DNA of 64,000 nucleotides from an uncultured Bacillota bacterium. Lineage in GTDB: Bacteria; Sysuimicrobiota; Sysuimicrobiia; Sysuimicrobiales; Segetimicrobiaceae. Positions 26,891 to 37,872 of the stretch are shown piece by piece (positions within the stretch are counted from its first letter, which is position 1; each line of letters begins with the position of its first letter). The stretch lies in NCBI GenBank assembly GCA_963804645.1, contig CAWDRG010000005.1:256001-320000 (forward strand), read 5' to 3'. The translations under genes and the position numbers were made by a program. The notes under the pieces are model-generated. The model was given only the letters and a program-made list of their open reading frames with translations, did no database searches and was not told the DNA's origin.

Positions 26891-27054
26891 AGTCTCCTCG
26901 GGGGGGGATTTGCGCCATGTGTTCGACTCATCTTTCGCGGCCCCCTACAGACGCCGGACGCAGGCGTGCGGGCCCGTCCGGACAGGAGCGCCCGCCGAGG
27001 ATCAGGCGCCGACCTGATTGTGCGACGCCCACCGCCGTCCGTATACTTGCGGCA

Positions 27055-28216
27055 ATGCACACCCACGGCGCGCCCGGCGCCCTCGATTTTGCACAGCGGC
27101 CGCTTCTCGTATTCTGGGAAACGACCCGCGCCTGCGCCCTCGCCTGCCGCCACTGCCGCGCCTCGGCGCTGCACGATCCGCTGCCGGGAGAACTGACGAC
27201 GGCGGAGGGAGAAGCGCTCATCGACGAGGTCGCGCGGTTCGGGACCCCGCCCCCCGTCGTCGTGTTCACGGGCGGGGACTGCCTTGAGCGCCGCGACCTC
27301 GACCATCTGGTCGCCCGCGCGGCGGCCCACGGCCTTCGCCTGGCCCTGGCACCGTCGGTCACGCCGGCGCTGACGCCGGACCGGCTCGCGCCCCTGCGCG
27401 CTCTCGGCGCGCGGGCGGTGTCGATCAGCCTCGACGGCGCGCGCCCGGACACGCACGACGCGATCCGAGGGGTCCCCGGCCACTTCGCGCGGACCGTCGA
27501 GGCGCTCCGCCTGCTCGCGTCGGAGGGGTTCGCGGTCCAGGTCAACACGACCGTCATGCGCCGGAACGTCGGGGAACTCGCGGATGTCGCCGCGCTCCTG
27601 CGGGACACGGGCGTCCATATTTGGGAGGTGTTCTTCCTCATCGCCGTCGGGCGGGGCATCGACTGCGATGAGCTCTCACCCCAGCAGCACGAGGACGTCT
27701 GCCACTGGCTCGTCGACGCGGCGCGCCGCGGCCTCGTCGTCCGCACCGTCGAAGCGCCATTCTACCGCCGCGTCGCGCTCCAGCGGGCGGACATCGGCAC
27801 GGGGGACGTCCGGCAGACCTTCCGCCTTGGACCGCTGTACGATCAACTCGCCGTCCGACTCGACGCGCTCCTGGGCGGTCCGACGCGGGCGCCGGCGGCG
27901 CCGACCATGGGAACGCGGGACGGCCACGGCATCGTCTTCATCGCGCACAACGGGGATGTGTATCCCTCGGGCTTCCTGCCCGTACCGCTCGGCAACGTGC
28001 GCACAACCCCGCTCGTGGACCTGTACCGCGATCACCCGCTGCTCCATGCGATTCGCCGCGCGGAGTTTTCGGGGCGATGCGGCGACTGCCGGTTTGCCCA
28101 GACTGTGCGGCGGATCTCGCGCACGCGCGTACGCGCGCACGGGGAATCCGCTCGCCAGCGACCCCGCGTGCCCGTACCCCGTCGTGACCAGGACGCCGGT
28201 CGGCACCGCGCAGTGA
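27055..28216 (+). CDS. Radical SAM/SPASM protein (TIGR04053/AhbD-NirJ-like); apparent frameshift near 28097
   Basis: WETTRACALACRHCRA (CxxxCxxC); GRCGDC in one frame continues as LCGGSRARAYARTGNPLASDPACPY in another. Confidence 0.85.
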
Positions 28217-28307
28217 CGCGCGGGCACGCGTCCCAAGCCCTGCCGTGATCGTTGGACCCGGCCGCCCAGCACGCCGCGCCGCCGGCCCGCCGGAAGTCCC
28301 CGCGCCC

Positions 28308-29219
28308 CTACCGTCCGACGAACAGGGGGTTGGTCCAGGCGCGCTCGCCGCTCGGGCCCACCACGTCGATGCGCACGAAGCGCTCCCGTCCCCGCAGCGT
28401 GAGGCGGGCGTGGGCGACCGGCGCGTCCTCGGCGAGGACCCGTTTGCCCCACCGCGCGTCGCACATGAACCGCACCTCGCGGGCGCCGGGCGCACCGATG
28501 TGGACGTCGACGGTCTCCCCGTCGATCCTGACGTCGTCCAGCACGGCCCCGGTGGACGCGTAGAACGCGCCGTCGCGCAGCGCCCCCACGACGGCGTCCG
28601 GGGTCAAGGCGCCCGCCCGCAGCATCGTCCACGCCCGGCCGCTGTCGCCCCACCGCCAGTGGGTGTCGTCGTTCGCGATGCCGAACATCGGCTTGCCCGC
28701 GGTCAGGCAGTCGTCCCAGTGGACGCCGCCGTCGCCCTTGGCGATGTCCAGATCCACGTTGGTGTTGTAGACTTCGAGGCCGATGATCCCGTCGAGCGGC
28801 AGCAGGTCGTCGACCACGAGGTTGCTCCAGTACGGGTGCGCGACGAACGCGACGGCGCCGGCCTGGCGCAGGCGGTCCACGACCTCCTGCGCGGGCAGCG
28901 CGTGGCGCGACGCGGCGTCCCTGGGCAGGTCGATCATGCCGCGCAGCCCGATCCCGACGATGTGATAGGGCTCGCCGAACCGGGCGCGGCCCGCGTCGAC
29001 CTCAATCCCCGGGACCAGCACCATGGCGCGGCCCGCGGCCGGCCGCGCTGACGTAAGCCGGTTGTGGTCCGTGATCGCCAGCGCGTCGTACCCGTGGTCC
29101 GCGTACCAGGCGACCGCGTCCTCGACCGACAGGCCCCCGTCGGACTCCGTCGTATGGCAGTGAAACATGCCCCGGTACCACCGACCGGGGAGCGCGAACG
29201 GATTCAGACAATTCGTCAC
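28308..29219 (-). CDS. PHP-domain metallohydrolase (CehA/McbA-like)
   Basis: HCHTTESDG, ITDHN, AHPYW, NDDTH motifs. Confidence 0.85.
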   Translation of the reverse strand: MTNCLNPFALPGRWYRGMFHCHTTESDGGLSVEDAVAWYADHGYDALAITDHNRLTSARPAAGRAMVLVPGIEVDAGRARFGEPYHIVGIGLRGMIDLPRDAASRHALPAQEVVDRLRQAGAVAFVAHPYWSNLVVDDLLPLDGIIGLEVYNTNVDLDIAKGDGGVHWDDCLTAGKPMFGIANDDTHWRWGDSGRAWTMLRAGALTPDAVVGALRDGAFYASTGAVLDDVRIDGETVDVHIGAPGAREVRFMCDARWGKRVLAEDAPVAHARLTLRGRERFVRIDVVGPSGERAWTNPLFVGR

Positions 29220-29229
29220 GGCGCCTCCT

Positions 29230-30765
29230 TCACGGCGTGTCGAGCCAGCCGCGCGTACGCGCGACGGCGCGCTTCCACATGGCATAGCCGCTGTCGCGCT
29301 CGTCGGCCGACCACTGCGGCTCGAACGTCCGGTCCACCGCCCAGTGCTGCGCGACCGCTTCCAGCGACGCCCACACTCCCCGCGCCAACCCGGCGGCGTA
29401 CGCCGCGCCGAGCGCCGTCGTCTCGCTGACCCTCGGGCGCACGACCGGGACTCCCAGCACGTCGGCCTGCAGCTGCATCAGCAGGTCGTTCCGGGACGCT
29501 CCCCCGTCGACGCGCAGGCTCGGGAGGGCGAGCGCGGAGTCCGCGGCCATCGCGTCGACGACCTCGCGCGTCTGGTAGCAGATCGCCTCGAGCGTCGCGC
29601 GGACCAGATGCGCCCGCGTCGCGTAGCGGGTCAGGCCGACGATGGCCCCCCGGGCCGTCATGTCCCAGTACGGCGCAAAGAGTCCGGAAAACGCCGGGAC
29701 GAAATACACGCCGCCGTTATCAGGCACGGACGCGGCCACCGCCTCGGTCTCCGCCGCGCTCCCGATCAGACCGAGGTTGTCCCGGAGCCACTGCACCGCC
29801 GATCCGGCGACCGCGATGGATCCTTCGAGCGCGTAGGCGATCTCGCCCGGCAGGGCGTACGCCGTCGTCGACAGGAGCCCGCTCCGGCTCGGCACCGGGG
29901 TCGGGCCGACGTGCTGCAGCAGGAAGCACCCGGTCCCGTACGTATTCTTGGCGTCCCCGGGCGCGCGGCAGGCCTGTCCCACCAGCGCCGCCTGCTGGTC
30001 GCCGAGCGCGCCGCACACCGGCACGCCCAGGCCGAGGGGGCCGTCCGCCCGCGTCTCCCCATACCGCTCGCTGCTGAGCCGAATCGCCGGCAGCACGGCC
30101 TCGGGGATCCCGAACAGCGCGAGCATCTCGGGGTCCCAGGCGCGGGACCGCAGGTTCATCAACTGGGTGCGGGACGCGTTCGTGACGTCGGTGACGTGCA
30201 CGCCGCCCGCGGGCCCGCCCGTCAGCCACCAAATCAACCACGCGTCGATCGTGCCGAGGCAAAGGTCACCGCGCTCGGCGCGGCTCCGCGCGTCGGGGAT
30301 GTGCTCGAGCAGCCAGGCCGCCTTCGAGGCCGAAAAATAGGTGGCGACCGGCAGCCCGGTCCGCTCGCGGATCATGGGCTCCAGGCCGCGCCGGATCAGA
30401 TCCGCGCAGAACTCGCGCGTGCGGGTGTCCTGCCAGACCAGCGCATGGTGCACGGGACGGCCAGTGCGGCGGTCCCACAAGAGCACCGTCTCGCGCTGGT
30501 TCGTGATCCCAAGCGCGGCCACGCCCCCGCCCGGAATCCCGTCCAGGGCCGCCCGGGTCACCCGGACCGCGGCCCGCCAGATTTCCTCGGCGTCGTGCTC
30601 CACCCACCCCGGGCGCGGGGTGATCTGCGCGTGCTCGGCGTACTCGGATGTCACGGGCCGCCCGGCCGCATCGAAGACGATGCACCGCGTCCCGGTCGTC
30701 CCCTGATCGATCGCGGCGACGTACGGTCCCGAAGCCGCCGGCGGGGCCGGGCTCACTGCTCCCAC
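29230..30765 (-). CDS. glpK: Glycerol kinase
   Basis: [57 protein letters not shown]. Confidence 0.96.
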   Translation of the reverse strand: MGAVSPAPPAASGPYVAAIDQGTTGTRCIVFDAAGRPVTSEYAEHAQITPRPGWVEHDAEEIWRAAVRVTRAALDGIPGGGVAALGITNQRETVLLWDRRTGRPVHHALVWQDTRTREFCADLIRRGLEPMIRERTGLPVATYFSASKAAWLLEHIPDARSRAERGDLCLGTIDAWLIWWLTGGPAGGVHVTDVTNASRTQLMNLRSRAWDPEMLALFGIPEAVLPAIRLSSERYGETRADGPLGLGVPVCGALGDQQAALVGQACRAPGDAKNTYGTGCFLLQHVGPTPVPSRSGLLSTTAYALPGEIAYALEGSIAVAGSAVQWLRDNLGLIGSAAETEAVAASVPDNGGVYFVPAFSGLFAPYWDMTARGAIVGLTRYATRAHLVRATLEAICYQTREVVDAMAADSALALPSLRVDGGASRNDLLMQLQADVLGVPVVRPRVSETTALGAAYAAGLARGVWASLEAVAQHWAVDRTFEPQWSADERDSGYAMWKRAVARTRGWLDTP

Positions 30766-30844
30766 GCCCGCGTGCCGACGCCCGCCGACATCGGGACGGC
30801 GACCGCCTGGGCCGGTGCGGTCACAGCCCCGGCGGTCGCGTCAC

Positions 30845-32200
30845 TCACTTAATGCCCATCGTGCGGTTGTACGTGGCGATCGCTTGATTGACCAGACCGG
30901 CGCAGTTCGCCAGCGACTGCTGCGCCGTCGACTTCCCCAGGACCGTCGCCTCGATCGCATCCTCCGACCGGGCCCGCGCCTCGGGGAAGACGCCCAGCAG
31001 CCCTCCCTGGGTCGCCTTGTTGATCGGACTACTCCGCAGCTCGCTGATCGCCGTCAGGAACTGCGGGTACTGCGAGAGCGTCTGCTGCGCCACCGGCTGA
31101 TGGTAGGCATCGCGCCGCACCGGGAAGTATCCGGTGGAGACGTACCACGCCGCCTGCTGCTCCGGCGCGGCGATAAACTTAACATACTCCCACGCCGCTT
31201 GCTGCTCCGTCGCGGGCCGGCCGGCGAGAATCCAGACCGACGCGCCCCCGACAATGCTGCCGCCGTTCTTGGCGCTCGGCGGCTTCGGGAAGTATCCGGT
31301 CCCCATCTGGAAGCGCCCGCCGATCCCGGTGAGCAGGCTCTTCACTACGGCCGTCGAGTCCCATGTCATCGCCGTCTGCCCCGCCGCGAACGCGCGCTGG
31401 CTCGCCGCGGTCGGCCGGCCGGGGTTCGTCGCGACGCCCTTTTTCACCATCCCGGCCCACCAGTCCAGAATGCGGGCCCCCTCCGGCTCGTGGTCGTAGA
31501 CGACCGCGGTGGCCTCGGCGTCCCGGCCGTTCCCGTTGTTCACGTACAGGGCGCCCTGGCGCGCCAGCAGCTGTTCGAAGAACCACCCGTAGATCGCGAT
31601 CGTGATCCCCGACGTCGTGGCGCCGCTCTGCACCAGCTTGGTCGCGTACGCTTCGATCTCCTCAAACGTCTGCGGCGGCCGGTTCACGTCGAGCCCCGCC
31701 TTTTGGAACATATCCTTGTTGTAGTACAGGATCGCGGTCGACGTGTTGAACGGCATCGAGTACAGGCGCGACCCGATCCGGTAGTAGCCCAGGATGTTCG
31801 GCTCCAACTGGCTGATGTCGAACTTCTCCTTGTCGATGAACTCCTGCATCGGCACGATCGCCTTGCTGTCGATCATGAAGCGGGTCCCGATGTCGTACAC
31901 CTGGCTCACCGCCGGCACGGACGACGAGCCGAGCGAGGCCCGGAGCTTGTTAATCAGATCGTCGTAGCTGCCCTGGAACTGCGCGTCGACCTGAATGTCC
32001 TTTCGCGAGGCGTTGAACTTGTTCACGAACGCCGACAGCACGGTATCGCCAAGATTTCCGCCCATCGCGTGCCAGAATGTGATCCGCACCGGTGTCTGCG
32101 CCGACACGAACGGCACTCCAAACCCTCCGGCCGCCGCGGTCCCCACAGCGACCGCCCCGGCCGTCTTGAGCAGCTTCCTGCGTGTCATCCCTGTTCCCAT
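30845..32200 (-). CDS. ugpB: sn-glycerol-3-phosphate-type ABC substrate-binding protein (UgpB-like) with Tat signal
   Basis: MTRRKLL; FWHAM; SMPFNTST; GGASVWI; STGYFP. Confidence 0.85.
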   Translation of the reverse strand: MGTGMTRRKLLKTAGAVAVGTAAAGGFGVPFVSAQTPVRITFWHAMGGNLGDTVLSAFVNKFNASRKDIQVDAQFQGSYDDLINKLRASLGSSSVPAVSQVYDIGTRFMIDSKAIVPMQEFIDKEKFDISQLEPNILGYYRIGSRLYSMPFNTSTAILYYNKDMFQKAGLDVNRPPQTFEEIEAYATKLVQSGATTSGITIAIYGWFFEQLLARQGALYVNNGNGRDAEATAVVYDHEPEGARILDWWAGMVKKGVATNPGRPTAASQRAFAAGQTAMTWDSTAVVKSLLTGIGGRFQMGTGYFPKPPSAKNGGSIVGGASVWILAGRPATEQQAAWEYVKFIAAPEQQAAWYVSTGYFPVRRDAYHQPVAQQTLSQYPQFLTAISELRSSPINKATQGGLLGVFPEARARSEDAIEATVLGKSTAQQSLANCAGLVNQAIATYNRTMGIK

Positions 32201-32374
32201 CCGCCACCTCCCTATGCGACTCCCACCCAGCCGTACGTACACACTCGTGCGACCGTTCCCGGCGCACGCCGTGTCCGTCCCCCGACCCACCTCTCCCTTT
32301 GTTACAGCATGCCCCGCGCGAAACCGCCATCGGGCGCGCGTCCGATTTCGTCGCCGTGTCGCCGGACGGTCCGA

Positions 32375-33262
32375 CTACCCCTTCACCGCCCCGGCGGTCA
32401 ACCCCCGAACCACGTGCCGGTATCCCAGCAGCAGCAACAGCACGGTCGGCAGCACGATCAGGACCACGCCCGCCATCACGAGGCTCCACGCCACGATCTC
32501 CTGGGACTGGAGGTACGCCAGCCCGATCTGTGCCGTCCGCATGTCCGTGGAGTTGATGACCAGGAGCGGCCACAGGTATTGGTTCCACGACGAGAGGAAC
32601 GCGTAGATGCCGAGCGTCGCGAGCGCCGGGCGCGACAGTGGCAGCACGATCGCCCACAGGAACCGACGCCGCGACGCGCCGTCGATGCGCGCCGCGTCCT
32701 GCAGCTCCCGAGGGATCGTCATGAAGAACTGCCGGAGCAGGAACGTCCCGAACGCGGTCGCAAGATACGGGGAGACCAGCGCCGCGTACGTATTGATCCA
32801 CCCGAGCGACCGGATCGTCAGATAGTTCGGAATCAACGTGACCTCGCCGGGGATCATCAGCGTGGCGAGGAACACGAAAAACAGAGTCTGGCGACCGGGA
32901 AACTCTATGAAACTGAACGCGAACGCCGCGAGCGAGGCGGTGGCGAGCTGCGCGAGCGTGATAGTGCCGGACTGCACGAACGAGTTCAGCAGGAAGCGCC
33001 CGAGCGGGAACTGCTCTAAGGCGGACACATAATTGCTGAGGGTAAGCGTGTGCGGCCAGAGGGTGGGCGGATACTGGTCAACCTCGGCGGATCCCTTGAG
33101 GCTCGTGAGGATCGCGAACAGCAGGGGAAACAGGACGACGACCCCAACCGCCACCATCAGCACGTCCGTGCCCACGCGTCCGATCATGCGGCGCGGCGAC
33201 CGCACGGCGCCGCGCCGGGCCAGACCGGGCCGATCCGCCGCCGTCGCGACCGCCGGGCTCAC
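32375..33262 (-). CDS. ugpE: ABC permease (UgpE-like)
   Basis: FLLRQFFMTIPRELQDAARIDGA; WNQYLWPL; start overlaps the upstream stop. Confidence 0.8.
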   Translation of the reverse strand: MSPAVATAADRPGLARRGAVRSPRRMIGRVGTDVLMVAVGVVVLFPLLFAILTSLKGSAEVDQYPPTLWPHTLTLSNYVSALEQFPLGRFLLNSFVQSGTITLAQLATASLAAFAFSFIEFPGRQTLFFVFLATLMIPGEVTLIPNYLTIRSLGWINTYAALVSPYLATAFGTFLLRQFFMTIPRELQDAARIDGASRRRFLWAIVLPLSRPALATLGIYAFLSSWNQYLWPLLVINSTDMRTAQIGLAYLQSQEIVAWSLVMAGVVLIVLPTVLLLLLGYRHVVRGLTAGAVKG

Positions 33263-34182
33263 TGGTACGTCACCCGATGCTCGAACACGAGGAACTGAAT
33301 GGCCGTGAGGATGAGCATCATCACGAAGAGCAGCATCGCCTGCGCCGCCGCGTAGCCGAACCGGAAATTGATGAAGGCGTTCCGGTAGATCGAAAACACG
33401 ATCACGTTGGTCGCGCCGACCGGTCCGCCTTGGGTCAAAATGTTCACCTGCCCAAACGACTGCAGCACGCCGAGGGTCGCAACCACCCCGACAAAGAAGA
33501 GCGCCGGGGAGATCGCCGGGATCACGACGTGCCGGAACACCGCCCACTGCCCCGCGCCGTCGATCCGCGCCGCTTCCACGAGCTCATCGGGCACGCCCTG
33601 CAGCGCGGCGAGGAGGACGACGACGTTGAACCCGAGGTCCTTCCACACCGTCGTCCCGGCCACGGCCAGCAACGCCCAGTGAGGATCGGTGAGCCATCCG
33701 ATCCGGGGGCCGTGCACGAGCGACAGCAGGTAGTTGAGGATGCCCACATTCGGGTCGAACAGCCACTCGAAGATCAACGCCGCGGCGGCAATGCTGACCG
33801 CGATCGTCAACGAGTAAGCGGTGCGGTACAGTCCGATCCCGCGCATCCGCCGGTTGGCGAGCATGGCGAGCGGGAGGCCGAACACGATGCCGGCGGGCAC
33901 CGTGTACACGGCGAACAGGAACGTGACCCGCAGGCTGTTGAGGAAATCCGGGGAGGTCAGCAGCTGCGCGTAGTTCTGCGCGCCGACGAACACCGCGAGC
34001 CCGCCGAACGGGTTCGTCTCATAGAGGCTGAGCTGGACGTTCCGGACGAGCGGATAGAACACAAACACCAGAAACACGACGAGCGACGGCACCAGGTAGG
34101 CGAGCGCGTGCGCCAGGTCGCGCCGGGAGCGCGCGCGATGCGCCCGGTCGGCCCCCGCGGCGGCCGGCACCCCGGCGCTCAT
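33259..34182 (-). CDS. ugpA: ABC permease (UgpA-like)
   Basis: EAARIDGAG; TQGGPVGATN; in operon with ugpE/ugpB. Confidence 0.8.
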   Translation of the reverse strand: MSAGVPAAAGADRAHRARSRRDLAHALAYLVPSLVVFLVFVFYPLVRNVQLSLYETNPFGGLAVFVGAQNYAQLLTSPDFLNSLRVTFLFAVYTVPAGIVFGLPLAMLANRRMRGIGLYRTAYSLTIAVSIAAAALIFEWLFDPNVGILNYLLSLVHGPRIGWLTDPHWALLAVAGTTVWKDLGFNVVVLLAALQGVPDELVEAARIDGAGQWAVFRHVVIPAISPALFFVGVVATLGVLQSFGQVNILTQGGPVGATNVIVFSIYRNAFINFRFGYAAAQAMLLFVMMLILTAIQFLVFEHRVTYQ

Positions 34183-34246
34183 CGGCAGGCACTCCGCGTG
34201 GCCCCTCGGGGGGGTCGCATGCGTTTGGCGAAGGCGTCCGTGCGCG

Positions 34247-35026
34247 TCATCGCGGGCCGAGCATCCGCAACAGCAACCGGCTGTCGTTCGACGTGACCCC
34301 GTCGACGCCAAGCGCGAGGCAGCGGCGGACGGTGTCCTCGTCGTCTACCGTCCACACGAGCACGCGCAGCCCGGCCGCGTGGGCGCCCGCGACCACCCCC
34401 TCGGTTACGTACGCCCAGTGCACGCACAGCGCATCCGCGTCGGCGGCGCGCGCGGCCGCGGGCGCGTCGACGAGACGCGCCGCGTAGATGATCCCGGTCG
34501 GGCTGTGCGGCGACTGCGCGCGGACGGCGCGCACGCTCTCGTGATCGAAGGACATCAGCAGCACGTGCTCGTCCATGCCGCGGTGCCGGATCGCCTCCAC
34601 CGCCTGCTGCTCGATCCCCTCATAAAACGTGGGCGCGTTCTTGACCTCGACTTTGAGCAGCGCCCGCCCGCGCACCAGGTCGAGCACCTCGTCGAGGAGC
34701 GGGATCCGCGTCCCCGCAAACTCCGGGGCAAACCACCGCCCGGCATCCAGCCGCCGCAGCTCCTCGAACGTGAGCGCGGCGACGGCACCGCGCCCGTCGG
34801 TCGTGCGGTCCACCGTCTGGTCGTGGATCACCACGACGCGTCCGTCGCGCGTGCGCTGAATGTCGCACTCGACCGCCGGCACACCCTCGTCCAGGGCCAG
34901 CTGAAACGCCGGCAGGGTATTTTCGGGCGCGTACCGCGATGCGCCCCGGTGGGCGACGGTGAGCACGCGGCCGTCCCCCCAGAACCGCCGGCCCCGCACG
35001 TCGCCCGCGCTCACCCTCGCCTCCAC
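34247..35026 (-). CDS. Glycerophosphodiester phosphodiesterase (GlpQ/UgpQ family)
   Basis: AHRGASRYAPENTL, ECD, IHDQTVDRTT, EVK, WTVDD. Confidence 0.93.
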   Translation of the reverse strand: MEARVSAGDVRGRRFWGDGRVLTVAHRGASRYAPENTLPAFQLALDEGVPAVECDIQRTRDGRVVVIHDQTVDRTTDGRGAVAALTFEELRRLDAGRWFAPEFAGTRIPLLDEVLDLVRGRALLKVEVKNAPTFYEGIEQQAVEAIRHRGMDEHVLLMSFDHESVRAVRAQSPHSPTGIIYAARLVDAPAAARAADADALCVHWAYVTEGVVAGAHAAGLRVLVWTVDDEDTVRRCLALGVDGVTSNDSRLLLRMLGPR

Positions 35027-35045
35027 GATTCGGCGCCCATCGGGA

Positions 35046-35855
35046 TCACGCGCGGGGCAGCAGCCCGCGCAGGTCCTCCAAGACGAATTCCGGCCGGACG
35101 GAGGACGCGGCGAGGTGCTCCCGCCGGGTCGCGCCCGTCAGCACGAGCGCGGTGTGCATCCCGGCCCGCACCCCCATCGCCACATCGGTGTCCAGGCGGT
35201 CGCCGACGACGATCGCCTCGGCGGGCCGGACGCCGAGGCGCGACAGCGCGGCCCGGGCCATCGTCTCGGAGGGCTTGCCGACCACCGCGTCCGCGCGCAC
35301 GCCCGTCGCCGCTTCGATCGCGGCGGTGATCGCCCCGCAGTCGGGCAGCCCCCCGCCGGGGACCGGGCAGTACGGATCGGGATTCGTCGCGACCAACCGG
35401 GCACCGCCCCGAATCGCGTCAAACGCGATCTGCAGCTTGCGGTAGTCAAACGTCCGGTCGAAGGCCGCCACGACCACGTCGGTCTCCCCGGGGTCCTCGG
35501 TCAGGCGACACCCACCCCGACGCAGCTCGTCCTGGAACGGCGCCTCGCCGATCACAAACAGCCGGGCGCCCGGATGACACCGCTGGAGATACTCCACCAT
35601 GACGCCCGAGGAGTTGACGATCGCCTCGGGACGTGTCGGCACCCCGAGACGCGTGAGCAGCTCGGCGTAGTGTTCCCGGGTGTTGAGGGGCTTGTTGGAG
35701 AGGTACACGATGCGCCGGTCCAGAGCACGCAGCGCCGCGATCGTCGCCGCCGCACCGGGCAGCAGCTCGACGCCCAAATACATCGTCCCATCGAGGTCGA
35801 TCGCATATCCCTCGTACAGACTCGGGTCGACGGCAACCTCCTGCAACGCGGACAC
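35046..35855 (-). CDS. HAD-IIA family phosphatase (NagD-like)
   Basis: DLDGTMY, LSN, ATNPD, GKP, VGDRLDTD. Confidence 0.92.
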   Translation of the reverse strand: MSALQEVAVDPSLYEGYAIDLDGTMYLGVELLPGAAATIAALRALDRRIVYLSNKPLNTREHYAELLTRLGVPTRPEAIVNSSGVMVEYLQRCHPGARLFVIGEAPFQDELRRGGCRLTEDPGETDVVVAAFDRTFDYRKLQIAFDAIRGGARLVATNPDPYCPVPGGGLPDCGAITAAIEAATGVRADAVVGKPSETMARAALSRLGVRPAEAIVVGDRLDTDVAMGVRAGMHTALVLTGATRREHLAASSVRPEFVLEDLRGLLPRA

Positions 35856-36151
35856 TGCCTCGCTTCCCCCCCGCATCTCGCCACGCGCGGCCGGGCGCGC
35901 TCGGCACCGGCCAAGCCGCCACTGCACCCACTCTTGGGCTGCGGCTCCGGTATCTGTTCGATGGCCCGCACGGCCAATACCTCCGTTCGACCGTGACGGT
36001 TCGATTAAGGAGCGGGCCACTCCCGAAGAACAGGCGGCGAGCCGGCGCGCGGCCGAGCCGCCGAAAGGGACCGAGCGGGCGCCCCACGAACATATCAAGA
36101 TACACCCTATTCGACGCGCACGGCGCCGACGCTTCGTGAAAGGAGCCCTCA

Positions 36152-37336
36152 ATGTCAGGACGACACTTTCTCCAGATTCCCGGGCCCACGAACGTGCCAG
36201 ATCGGATCCTTCGGGCGATGGACCGGCCGGTGATCGATCACCGAGGTCCGGATCTCCCGGCCGTGGTCGAGGAGGCGGTCGCCGGGCTCAAGCAGGTCTT
36301 TGCCACGACACGCGGGGAGATCGTCATCTACCCGAGCTCCGGCACGGGAGCCACCGAAGCGTCCCTCGTGAACACCCTCAACCCGGGCGACCGCGTCCTG
36401 GCGTTCAACATCGGGCACTTCAGCCATCTCTACAATGAGTGCGCCCGGAAGATCGGGGCGGCCGTCGACGAGCTCGACCTCCCCTGGGACGGCGGCGTGC
36501 CCGCCGACGTCGTCCAGGAACGGCTGTCCAAGGATACCGCGCACCAGTACCGCGCGGTCATGCTGGTCCACAACGAGACGTCCAACGGGGCCACGACCGA
36601 TCTCGCCGCGATCCGCCAGGCGATCGACGCCGCGCGGCACCCCGCGCTGCTCCTGGTGGATATGGTGAGCTCGGCCGCCAGCATCGAGGTCCAGTTTGAC
36701 GCCTGGGGCATCGACGTCGGGGTGACGGGCGCGCAGAAAGGCCTGATGCTGCCCCCGGGGCTGGGGATTTTGTGCGTCAGCCCTCGCGCGCTCGAGGCCG
36801 CGGCCAAGGTCACCACGCCCCGCTACTACTTCGACTGGCGGCCGGTGCTCGAGGAGATGCGCCGCGGGTATTTCCCCTACACGCCCGCGACGCTGTCGCT
36901 GTACGGACTCCGGGAGTCCATGCGCATGCTGCACGAAGAAGGCCTCCAGAACGTCTACGCGCGCCACCGCCGGCTCGCCGAGGGTGTCCGGCGCGCGGTG
37001 ACGGCGATGGGGCTCGCGATTCACTGCCGGCGTCCCGCCGAGTATTCGAACACCCTCACCGTGATCCGGGTGCCCGAGGGCGCCGACGCGAACGCGGTCG
37101 TGCGCATCGCGGCCGAACGCCTTCACCTGTCGCTCGGCCTCGGGCTGGGGCGCCTGCGGGGCAAGGTGTTCCGCATCGGCCACCTCGGGGCCCTCAACGA
37201 ACTCGAGGTCCTGGCCACGATCGCCGGGGTGGAAATGGCGTGCACGCTCGCCGGGATCCGGGTGCCGGTGGGCGCGGGCGTGGCGGCGTGTCAGGAGTAC
37301 TTCTTGGAGCAGTACGCCGCCGCGGTGCCCGGGTAG
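36152..37336 (+). CDS. Class V aminotransferase (serine/alanine-glyoxylate aminotransferase-like)
   Basis: GRHFLQIPGPTNVP, HNETS, GAQKGLMLPPG (PLP lysine), FRIGHLG. Confidence 0.92.
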   Translation: MSGRHFLQIPGPTNVPDRILRAMDRPVIDHRGPDLPAVVEEAVAGLKQVFATTRGEIVIYPSSGTGATEASLVNTLNPGDRVLAFNIGHFSHLYNECARKIGAAVDELDLPWDGGVPADVVQERLSKDTAHQYRAVMLVHNETSNGATTDLAAIRQAIDAARHPALLLVDMVSSAASIEVQFDAWGIDVGVTGAQKGLMLPPGLGILCVSPRALEAAAKVTTPRYYFDWRPVLEEMRRGYFPYTPATLSLYGLRESMRMLHEEGLQNVYARHRRLAEGVRRAVTAMGLAIHCRRPAEYSNTLTVIRVPEGADANAVVRIAAERLHLSLGLGLGRLRGKVFRIGHLGALNELEVLATIAGVEMACTLAGIRVPVGAGVAACQEYFLEQYAAAVPG

Positions 37337-37368
37337 CGCCGCCGGACACACCGCCGGCGGCGGGCCGG

Positions 37369-37872
37369 CTAGAGCGGCCCGATCCGGAAGAACAGATTCA
37401 GCATAATAAAGACGCCGAGAATCACGATGGCCGCCGCGGTGGTCACCGCCAGGTCCACCGGCCCCCGTCGTCCGTCGCGGCTCTTGGGGAGTCCCCGCAC
37501 AAAGGTCCAGTGCTGAATGAGCGCGGCGGCGAGCGCGAGCGTCGCGAGAATCACCAGGAAGTACCCTACCCGCAGCGGAGCGTCCGCGCGGATACCCGCA
37601 AGCTTGTCCTTGCCGAGCACGCCCTGCTGCAGCACGTACTCCACGGTCTTCGCCAGCGTAAACCCGAAGGTCATCATGGAGATCGAGGTGCGAATCCACC
37701 CCATCAGCGTGCGCTCGGAGGCCATCCGGGTGCGGTGCGCCGAGAGGACGTCTGCGACCTTCAACTCCTGATCGAATGAGTCCTGGATCCCGGGGACTTT
37801 GATGTGCGTTGTAACCACACGTGTCGGCGTCATGCCGACAGGTGTCGACGTCGTGACCTCGGGGTCGGCCAT
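37369..37872 (-). CDS. DUF202/YidH family membrane protein
   Basis: RTRMASERTLMGWIRTSISMMTFGF plus three TM segments. Confidence 0.85.
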   Translation of the reverse strand: MADPEVTTSTPVGMTPTRVVTTHIKVPGIQDSFDQELKVADVLSAHRTRMASERTLMGWIRTSISMMTFGFTLAKTVEYVLQQGVLGKDKLAGIRADAPLRVGYFLVILATLALAAALIQHWTFVRGLPKSRDGRRGPVDLAVTTAAAIVILGVFIMLNLFFRIGPL

